DNA of 20,084 nt from a bacterium (GTDB taxonomy: Bacteria; Zhuqueibacterota; Zhuqueibacteria; Zhuqueibacterales; Zhuqueibacteraceae): the NCBI GenBank assembly GCA_044869275.1, contig JBIOXB010000191.1:1-20084 (forward strand). Reading direction: 5' to 3'. The translations under genes were made by a program, and so were the position numbers. The notes under the pieces are model-generated. The model saw only the letters and a program-made list of their open reading frames with translations, had not been told where the DNA came from and ran no database searches. This document shows, in pieces, positions 1-6,958 of the stretch (within the stretch, counting starts at the first letter, position 1; each line of letters begins with the position of its first letter).

Positions 1-9
1 TTTACAGCC

Positions 10-438
10 TCAAATCACGAAGTCAGAAAGTTGAGTCAGATAGAAATAGCTTGAGGGTTTCTCTTCGAAGTTTCCAATCTCGAATAATCTATCAATAAAC
101 TCGGAGCATCGCCTACGAGTTTCACCAGAAAGCCTTTTACCCTTATATTTTTTGTCCGTATAATTAAACACCCAATCCAAGGGATCCCCTCCAAAACAGC
201 AATAAAACATTTTTGATAAGCAGTCACCAATCCCGGAAAAAATAAAACCAACTACGTATGGAAATATCACTATGCATATGCCAAATACAATTCGCTCCAA
301 TCGAATGTTCTTCAATACATCCGACAGCGCGTCCGGCACTAATGCTTTACGTAACAAATATGCATCAATAAACCAAATAACGCCAGCAATATAATAGCTG
401 AAAAAATCTCTAAGAGAAAAAAACCGTCCTAGTTCCAT
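10..438 (-). CDS. Hypothetical membrane protein (two hydrophobic segments), AT-rich
   Basis: 142-aa ORF, ATG preceded by GAGG-type RBS (GGCGAGGATGCCATG); hydrophobic stretches FFSYYIAGVIWFIDAYLL and IVFGICIVIFPYVVGFIFSGIG; no family recognised; close to window edge. Confidence 0.65.
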   Translation of the reverse strand: MELGRFFSLRDFFSYYIAGVIWFIDAYLLRKALVPDALSDVLKNIRLERIVFGICIVIFPYVVGFIFSGIGDCLSKMFYCCFGGDPLDWVFNYTDKKYKGKRLSGETRRRCSEFIDRLFEIGNFEEKPSSYFYLTQLSDFVI

Positions 439-577
439 GGCATCCTCGCCTTATTTTTGGAGTTCAAAGCTACCCAATAGCCTAAACCGTACCACTTTGC
501 GCAAGATGTCGATTGCCAAGCTATTGTTCCTCAAACAACCGAGGCTGCTGGATCGTTCTTCCCTTTGGGGATGGTTC

Positions 578-745
578 CTACATTCCCAAATCGCGCAGTA
601 TTCTCTGCACGGATAAGTCTTTATCAAGCTGCGGCCAATGAAATCCCACACGCACCGGATCGACGACCACGCAAGCAATTTGTTCCGCGTTGGCTCGGCA
701 GAGTATGGGCGAAGTTTGGTGAAGGTTGCATATATCCGGCACAGG
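578..745 (-). pseudogene. C-terminal remnant of a DUF2442-family protein
   Basis: Frame of ORF 578..859 ends SPILCRANAEQIACVVVDPVRVGFHWPQLDKDLSVQRIL, resembling the DUF2442 C-terminal signature (P.L..A..EQ...G.HWP.LD.DLSV..LL). No intact N-terminus or credible start is present; the 5' boundary is approximate. Confidence 0.6.
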
Positions 746-770
746 CTTTCCGACTATCACCGTCGGAAAG
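746..770. repeat. REP-like palindrome, degenerate inverted copy of 1789-1809
   Basis: CTTTCCGAC-TATCACC-GTCGGAAAG hairpin; 748-768 matches the reverse complement of 1789-1809 at 18/21 positions. Confidence 0.65.
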
Positions 771-785
771 GGAGAAAAATCATTC

Positions 786-1700
786 TCATTCTTCCTCAAA
801 ATAATCTGAATCCACCCTTTTGATAGTATAAAAGGCCACCTCGGCGACGCCGATGCCATGATCTATCATCAATTGAGAAAGCTGCTCGCCATCAATCAAG
901 ATTATCTTTTTTTCGATACGATTGACATAGTCTCTTGCCTCTTGTGAAAACTGTGACGTTGTAATCAAAACGCCCTTGCGCGCACGTTGCCCTTCCAAGC
1001 TGCCAGCAAATGCCTGCACCACCGGCCTACCTACCGTATTACCCCATTTCTTTGCTTGGATATATACAACATCCAATCCAAGTTTGTCTTCTTTGATAAT
1101 TCCATCAATACCCTCATCGCCGCTTTGCCCCACGGCCTGTCCCGCATCTTTTCTTGATCCACCATATCCCATCGCGACGAGCAAATCTACTACGAGTTTC
1201 TCAAAGAATCTTGGCGAGGCATTCTTGACACGTTCCAATAGATCTTGGGCCAAATCACGTCTTAATTTCTGATAACTCGACTCCAGCAGTTCTTCCGGTG
1301 TTTGATCCTGCTCTTCTTCTTTTTCGTCTTGTTCATCTTGTTTATTATCTGGCTTTGAAAGGTTTTGAAATTCCAAAAACTCTGGGAATTGCCGTAGAAA
1401 CTTCGTATTGAGGTCTGTAGGGTTTGCTTTTAATATTTGGAGACCTCGCTCTGATATACGGAATTTTCCTCGTACAGTGTTTTCAAGAAGTCCTGCTTTT
1501 TTTAGGTATACACGAGCCCATCGGACTCTGTTGTCAAACCTCGGCATCGTGCCACTGGGTAACAGTTCCTTTCTCTCATCATCGCTCAATCCTAATTGTG
1601 AGGCCAGAGTGTCGATTGTATGGCTAATACTGTGCTCTTGCCCATCTCGTGAGCTTTTTCAGAGCGGAAGCACGAGACTTTGAAAGTCCGGAACGGCCAT
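786..1700 (-). pseudogene. mrr: Mrr-family type IV restriction endonuclease with an in-frame TGA at codon 14 (1659-1661)
   Basis: RBS GGGAGA then ATG at 1700 gives MAVPDFQSLVLPL*KSSRDGQEH...LSDDERKELLPSG (Mrr_N winged-helix start), in frame with ORF 786..1589. That ORF has FEKLVVDLL, DEGIDGII, YIQAKKW, FAGSL and KGVLITTSQFS (Mrr_cat). 304 codons in total. Could be a sequencing error in an intact gene. Confidence 0.85.
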
Positions 1701-1765
1701 GTTTTCTCCCTTTAATGCTGCCAACGGATGATTCTGATTTTATTGTTAATGCCAGAGTATTACAG

Positions 1766-1815
1766 AGACGCAGAGCGTCTGAAATGCATTCCGACGGCGA
1801 CCGTCGGAACGAGAG
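1766..1815. repeat. REP-like double hairpin
   Basis: AGACGC-AGA-GCGTCT (1766-1780) followed by GCA-TTCCGACGG-CGA-CCGTCGGAA-CGAG (1786-1813). Confidence 0.75.
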
Positions 1816-1837
1816 CAATGCTCCCGCTCACATATTT

Positions 1838-1932
1838 TCACCCACTCTCTCGCTCCCCACAGTCTCCCACTCACTTGGTCTCCGACTCTCCCCATCTCCC
1901 ACGCACCCCGTCTCTCAGTCCCCCCGTCACCC
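1838..1932. repeat. Degenerate 8-nt tandem repeat array (about 12 units, TCWCCCMS-like)
   Basis: tcacccac tctctcgc tccccacag tctcccac tcacttgg tctccgac tctcccca tctcccac gcaccccg tctctcag tccccccg tcaccc; the last unit overlaps the rtcB stop codon. Confidence 0.8.
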
Positions 1933-4899
1933 TTTAATACACCCCAACGGCCTCAACTGCGCCACCTTTCGCGAGATGCCGGCCATATGGCAGGTATCGA
2001 CCACCTCGGTGACATCTTTGTACGCTTCCGGAATTTCTTCGTCAATCGTGCCGCGGCTCGCTCCCATCACATAAATGCCTTGCTCCTGCAATTCCAGCGC
2101 AACATTGCGGCCGCGCGCGGTTTTCTTGGCTTGATTGCGACTCATGGCGCGTCCGGCGCCGTGGCAAGTCGAGCCGAAAGTCTGCTCCATCGAGCCGGGT
2201 GCACCAACCAAAACATAAGAGTAGCGGCCCATGTCGCCCGGAATTAAAACCGGCTGGCCAACTTCCTGATATGCGGAGGGAATGTGCGGATGCCCGGCCG
2301 GAAATGCGCGCGTCGCGCCTTTGCGATGCACGCACACTTCCATTTCCTTTTCTTCAAATGTGTGCTTCTCCATCTTCGCAATATTGTGCGCGACCTCGTA
2401 AACTGTGCGCAGGCCAATGTATTTCGGCGCTTTGTTGATTGCCTTGGCGAAGGCCTCGCGCGTCCAATGTGCGATTAATTGGCGGTTGGCAAAGGCGAAA
2501 TTCACCGCGCAGCGCATAGCGCCGAGGTAGTTTTGCCCCTCGGGTGAAGAAATCGGCGCGCAACACAGTTGCCGGTCGGGCAATGTGATGCCGTATTTGT
2601 GCATGGCACTGTTCATCACGCCGAGGTAATCTTCGCACACTTGATGGCCAAAGCCGCGCGAGCCGCAATGAATGATCACCGTGATTTGATCTTGATACAA
2701 GCCGAGCGCCTCGGCAGCTTTGGCATTGAATATCTGTGCGACATATCCGACTTCCAAAAAGTGATTGCCGCTGCCGAGCGTGCCCAATTGCGGCCGGCCA
2801 CGCTCACTCGCCTTTGCCGAAATTTTTTCGGGATCGGCGCCGGCCATCTGGCCGTGCTCTTCAATGAATTCCAGCTCGTCTATTTCACCGTAGCCATTAT
2901 TCATTGCCCAGCGCGCGCCCATCGTCATGATCTGCTCCAGCTCGTTTTGCTTTAGCTTGGCTTTACCTTCGGAGCCGACGCCGGTGGGCACATGATGATA
3001 TAGCGCTTTGACCAGATCCGGCATTTTGGCCTGCACTTCCTCGCGCGTGAGGCGGGAGGCCATGAGGCGCACGCCGCAATTCGAAACCACAAATCCGTTG
3101 GCAATGAAGTTGTGATCGGGATGCGCAACGGTAAAATCGTAAACCTCCTCGTAGAAAGGAATCTCTTCCAAACGAATGATGCGGCTCCAGACCATGCCAC
3201 TATCACCGAGACCGGCCGTGGCGTCGCGGCAATATTCATCAAAGGTGATGAAGGATTCACCGACACGCGCCGAGGTGTTTCGGCCTTCATAAAGCGAGCG
3301 CTCCAAGAAACGCCGATTCACATGCGCGCTCGTGAGTGTCGCATAGATGGTTTGCGGAGCGACGCCGCCGGTGCGCATGGCCACGGCTGTTTCGGCAGCT
3401 TCCTCGCGTGCACCTACGACTTGAGATTTCGCCTTAAGATAGGCAGTGGCAACACCGGCAAGATGGCGGCGCTGGCGGTTGTACTCAAAACCAATTCCTC
3501 CCCAAAGGTTTAACAGACTTTCCGTTTGCGAAGAAAGAATCAAGCGCAAGCGCTGTGAGCGGCTGCCATCGGCACTTATTTGCTCCCGGCGCTGGCTGAC
3601 GGTATTGGTCGCCACGCCAAAGCCTTCCAACAACCGGCTGAGATCTCTCAGAAAATGGCTCCCGCTTTCGACGTGGTTTGTGCGCTTGTTGAGTGACAGC
3701 ACCGGCGTGGTGAAATTGCAGTTACGCTCCTCGAAAGCGCGCGGCGAGGAGAGCTCAGCGCCGAAAAAGGCCGCCAGAAAAAGCCGCTGTTGCCAGCGCG
3801 GAATTTCGAAAAGCCATGCCGGCAATGAGTAATCTTGCGTTGCTTTGTTTCCCACCGGCGCGCCCAACGCCGCCAGTAGAGCCGCGAAGCTGCTGCTGAC
3901 AATCTTGAACGCATGCTCGCGGCGATTAAATTCATAGTCGCCATAAGTTGTGGCAATGTGATGATGACGCTCCCTGGTATAAATCCGCGATGGCGTAAAC
4001 CCCGTGGCGGCGACGTCCGCACGAATGGTCTCCAAGTCTTCGGGCTTACCATAAAACCACGTTGTGCCCTTGCCAGCCTCGCCGCTGAAATAAAGTGAGC
4101 CATCGCCGCAAACATAACCCAACAGCTTGAGCAAAAGAGGCCACGATGCGGCCTCTGTACGCAACGGCAAAAGCCCAAGCTTATTGAGTTGCTTGACAAT
4201 TTGTGTCAGCGCATTTCCTGCCTTGCCTTTGCCGTGACAACTCAAAGTTCGCTCGAGCGTTGTTTCGTCCATTAATGTCTTTCCCTTCGGCGCTTCGTAA
4301 GGCACACCTTGAAAAGGGTGGCGCGCCACGCGGTCGCCCACTTGCAAGCGTTGCAAGGTGAGCATGCCATCCGGCGTCCAAAAGGGATGGTCGGCAGTGG
4401 CAATGATTTCTTCTCCGGTATCTGTGGTCAGGCGATAGACAGGTGTGCGCGGCAAACACTTCAGATAGCCCGCGATTCGAGTCTGGTCATCGTGGCCGCC
4501 TTGGAGATTTTGGCAGCGCAGAGTCGTGGTTTGCCATTCGTTTTCCATGTCAGCGATGGTGCGCGTGTAACCGTGCGCTGATGATATGCGCGTATGGCCG
4601 GCAAGGCAGTTGATGTCGTACCCAACGCCGCCAGGCGAGATCACGCCGGAATCAACATTGAAGGCCGCCACGCCTCCAATCGGAAAACCATAACCCCAGT
4701 GAATATCCGGCATGGCGAGGGCATAGCCCACGATGCCGGGCAAATGCGCGACGTTGGCGGCTTGTTGCGGCGCATTGTCGGCAAGAATGTTTTTCAGCAT
4801 TTTTTCCGTGGCGTAAATCCGCGCGGGCACGAGCATGTTGCCCGCGCGCGGAATTTCCCAGAGATAATCGGCAAGTTTCTTCAGCTTGATTTCAGACAT
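1927..4899 (-). CDS. rtcB: RNA-splicing/repair ligase RtcB precursor (990 aa) containing an intein; 480 aa after splicing
   Basis: RBS GGAGTG before ATG 4899 (MSEIKL). Motifs MPDIHWGYGFPIGGV, GGVGYDIN/CGVRL, GTLGSGNHFLE, HCGSRG, AHN, HRKGATRAF, STCHGAGR, EEIPEAYK and LRPLGCIKG. Confidence 0.97.
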   Translation of the reverse strand: MSEIKLKKLADYLWEIPRAGNMLVPARIYATEKMLKNILADNAPQQAANVAHLPGIVGYALAMPDIHWGYGFPIGGVAAFNVDSGVISPGGVGYDINCLAGHTRISSAHGYTRTIADMENEWQTTTLRCQNLQGGHDDQTRIAGYLKCLPRTPVYRLTTDTGEEIIATADHPFWTPDGMLTLQRLQVGDRVARHPFQGVPYEAPKGKTLMDETTLERTLSCHGKGKAGNALTQIVKQLNKLGLLPLRTEAASWPLLLKLLGYVCGDGSLYFSGEAGKGTTWFYGKPEDLETIRADVAATGFTPSRIYTRERHHHIATTYGDYEFNRREHAFKIVSSSFAALLAALGAPVGNKATQDYSLPAWLFEIPRWQQRLFLAAFFGAELSSPRAFEERNCNFTTPVLSLNKRTNHVESGSHFLRDLSRLLEGFGVATNTVSQRREQISADGSRSQRLRLILSSQTESLLNLWGGIGFEYNRQRRHLAGVATAYLKAKSQVVGAREEAAETAVAMRTGGVAPQTIYATLTSAHVNRRFLERSLYEGRNTSARVGESFITFDEYCRDATAGLGDSGMVWSRIIRLEEIPFYEEVYDFTVAHPDHNFIANGFVVSNCGVRLMASRLTREEVQAKMPDLVKALYHHVPTGVGSEGKAKLKQNELEQIMTMGARWAMNNGYGEIDELEFIEEHGQMAGADPEKISAKASERGRPQLGTLGSGNHFLEVGYVAQIFNAKAAEALGLYQDQITVIIHCGSRGFGHQVCEDYLGVMNSAMHKYGITLPDRQLCCAPISSPEGQNYLGAMRCAVNFAFANRQLIAHWTREAFAKAINKAPKYIGLRTVYEVAHNIAKMEKHTFEEKEMEVCVHRKGATRAFPAGHPHIPSAYQEVGQPVLIPGDMGRYSYVLVGAPGSMEQTFGSTCHGAGRAMSRNQAKKTARGRNVALELQEQGIYVMGASRGTIDEEIPEAYKDVTEVVDTCHMAGISRKVAQLRPLGCIKG
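3079..4608 (-). mobile_element. Intein (510 aa) with LAGLIDADG homing endonuclease, inserted at RtcB DIN|C
   Basis: Starts CLAGHTRI (block A), block B IIATADHPFWT, LAGLIDADG-like LLGYVCGDGS and FLAAFFGAELS, blocks F/G VYDFTVAHPDHNFIANGFVVSN, +1 residue Cys. Excision restores GYDINCGVRL. Confidence 0.96.
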
Positions 4900-4989
4900 T
4901 TTATCACTCCAGCAAAGGCAGTATGCGATTGGCTTTTCAAACACAGAATAATACCGAAATGGCGGGACTGAACGTTTTTGAATCATTTT

Positions 4990-5080
4990 TTTGAACGCGG
5001 ATCACGCGGATCACGCGGATAAGACGGGCTTTCACGGATAAAACAAAAATCCGTGAGAATCCGTTCCATCCGTGTTCAAA
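4990..5080. repeat. Inverted pair of about 9-nt tandem repeat arms (CACGCGGAT / ATCCGTG)
   Basis: tttgaacgcggat cacgcggat cacgcggat aagacgggc tttcacggat - aaacaaaa - atccgtgag aatccgttcc atccgtgttcaaa; outer 13-mers are complementary at 12/13. Confidence 0.85.
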
Positions 5081-5220
5081 GCTTTTGATTTAAAGCTGCT
5101 TGTAAAGCCTCGGTGTTAAACTTGTCTGAAAATTCGAGGTAGGATTATAGTGCCAGAGCCTCGAATGCATGCAAAAGAAAAAACTACAATTCCTTACCGC
5201 TTCTTCTGCGTGTTTCGCGG

Positions 5221-5652
5221 TCACACATCAAAAATCACCTGCGCTTCCCAACCCTGCTCCGTTTCACGAATATAAAGGCCGTGATACGTCACGGCTTTGA
5301 TTTCGGTCTTGAGCTCGTGCCGCTGCGGATCGATTTTCTCGCCGTGGACGATGGCGGTAATATGCGTCTCAGAGAAGGATTGAATATCAAAATGTTGGAA
5401 CAGCAGGAATTCCGTGAGGCAAAGATAATTCAGCTCCGACAACCAGGCTACAAGCAGGGCTTCGCGATCGGCGGCATTCACGGAAACAGGTTTTTGCAGG
5501 CGCGCTTGAATCGTATCGGGCGCCGTAATCGCCTCGAACAAAGCCCGGCCGGCGACCACGAATAACTCCGGCAAGGTTGGCGCAAAAAGGCGATAACCGA
5601 TGTCGGCGGTATGATCGATGGGCTCAAAGCGCGCGGGAGGGTCGGTGAGCAT
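5221..5652 (-). CDS. Archease
   Basis: N-terminal IDHTADIG, LLVAWLSEL, C-terminal EIKAVTYHGL...AQVIFDV; 143 aa; adjacent to rtcB. Confidence 0.96.
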   Translation of the reverse strand: MLTDPPARFEPIDHTADIGYRLFAPTLPELFVVAGRALFEAITAPDTIQARLQKPVSVNAADREALLVAWLSELNYLCLTEFLLFQHFDIQSFSETHITAIVHGEKIDPQRHELKTEIKAVTYHGLYIRETEQGWEAQVIFDV

Positions 5653-5666
5653 GGTTTAAGAGACTT

Positions 5667-6824
5667 TCACCCGACGGCGAGATTCACCTTTTCCAACTGC
5701 TGCAAAACGAAGGCGCGAATCGCGGTTGCCGCCGGTGCTTGGAAAAAGTTTTTGCCCTCGCGCATCATTTCTTGCGCCAACGGAAGCCAATCGCTTTTGT
5801 TTTCCCCAGAGCGCGCAGCCGGAAGGACCGAACGCTCGCCCGTAGCGCGATGCCGGCACAAGATCTTTTTACCGGACTTCTTGCCGCGCTTCGCGAGCGG
5901 CTGTCCGTTGATCTCCACGATGTCCATGGAAAAATCCAGCACCGGTGCATTGGAAATGTTGGTGCCGACGCCGTAAGCATCGGCGATGCAATTGTATTCC
6001 AAAATTCTCTCTTCGTCGATACCGCCGGAAAGAAAAATTTTCACATGCTGATAGCCACGCAGATCCAGTTCCCAGCGAATCTCCCTGGCCAGACTGGCGA
6101 AATCGCCGCGGCGGTTGCTGGGGGTATCCAGCCGGATCGCCGCGAGTTTTTGTTTGAAAAAATCTGCGACACGCAAAGCTTCAAATTTCTCGTCATTGAA
6201 AGTGTCAATCAACGCCACGCGCGGAATCTTCGCGTCCATGAATCGATCGAAAGCTTTCACGGCTTCCAAAGTATCGCCCATCAAAAGAATCAGCGCGTGT
6301 GGAATCGTGCCGGAGGGCTCGAGGTGGAGCAATTCTGCCGCCGCCACGGAAGCGACGCCGTCGCAGCCGCCGATAAAAGCGTTGCGCTCGATCATCGGGG
6401 CCAAAGCGGGATGCATGCGCCGCGCGCCAAAGCTGATCACGGGCCGCTGGCCGGCCGCTTTCTTGCAGCGCGCGGCGCGCGTCGCCACGCCGGAAGCCTG
6501 GCACAATACGCCGAGCAGCGCGGTTTCAAACGGCCCGAAGTCCAGGTAATTGCCGGTGATGGTGAGCACGGGCTCGTCTTCAAAAAAGAGCGAGCCCTCG
6601 GGCAGGCATTCGAGCGAAACCGGCAGCCGGCTGAGAATCGTCATGGCCTCCTCGAGTCCGGCAAAGACGCCCCATTGCAGCTGCCGCGGGAATTTTTTGA
6701 CGACGAATTCGACCGTCACGCGCGCATCTTTGCCCAGGCTGCGCAAGATATGCTTCGTGCGCTCGAAATAAACGTCGGTGACCTTGCCGGAAAGAATATC
6801 CTCGGCAGTGGCAACGTGAAACAT
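5667..6824 (-). CDS. pncB: Nicotinate phosphoribosyltransferase (short, archaeal-like type)
   Basis: TDVYFERT, ETALLG, SFGARRMHP, SGTIPHAL, ALIDTF, AIRLDTP, IFLSGGIDE, YGVGT and AKRGKKSG motifs; 385 aa. Confidence 0.93.
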   Translation of the reverse strand: MFHVATAEDILSGKVTDVYFERTKHILRSLGKDARVTVEFVVKKFPRQLQWGVFAGLEEAMTILSRLPVSLECLPEGSLFFEDEPVLTITGNYLDFGPFETALLGVLCQASGVATRAARCKKAAGQRPVISFGARRMHPALAPMIERNAFIGGCDGVASVAAAELLHLEPSGTIPHALILLMGDTLEAVKAFDRFMDAKIPRVALIDTFNDEKFEALRVADFFKQKLAAIRLDTPSNRRGDFASLAREIRWELDLRGYQHVKIFLSGGIDEERILEYNCIADAYGVGTNISNAPVLDFSMDIVEINGQPLAKRGKKSGKKILCRHRATGERSVLPAARSGENKSDWLPLAQEMMREGKNFFQAPAATAIRAFVLQQLEKVNLAVG

Positions 6825-6863
6825 GGTCGGTTCCCAAGTTAATCACAGGGTTGGTTGCGGAAA

Positions 6864-6892
6864 AATATAGAGAAAATTTGGCTGGCAAACAA
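6864..6892 (-). promoter_or_regulatory. Candidate sigma70 promoter for pncB-archease
   Basis: TTGTTT-17 nt-TATATT on the minus strand, about 40 nt upstream of the pncB ATG. Confidence 0.4.
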
Positions 6893-6958
6893 TACGGCAT
6901 TTTTGCATGCACGCGGGGCGATCCAGGCGGCAAGCTTGTTCCTGCGGCAACAGCGAAT

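Noticed and set aside
495..520. Possible sigma54 promoter (TGGCA...TTGC, minus strand)
   Set aside because: GG-to-GC spacing is 13 nt rather than the required 10.
1659..1661. TGA in mrr as selenocysteine or Trp recoding
   Set aside because: The position corresponds to Leu, not Cys or Trp; TGA is used as a stop by rtcB, archease, pncB and others; no convincing SECIS follows.
4900..4986. 29-aa N-terminal extension of RtcB in the ORF track
   Set aside because: A good RBS precedes ATG 4899, and that start places the catalytic Cys at 98 as in characterised RtcB.
5739..6842. 367-aa plus-strand ORF
   Set aside because: Antisense shadow of pncB; no recognisable motifs; typical of GC-rich codon bias.
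6825..6958. NrtR/NadR operator upstream of pncB
   Set aside because: No AT-rich palindrome of the expected form is visible.
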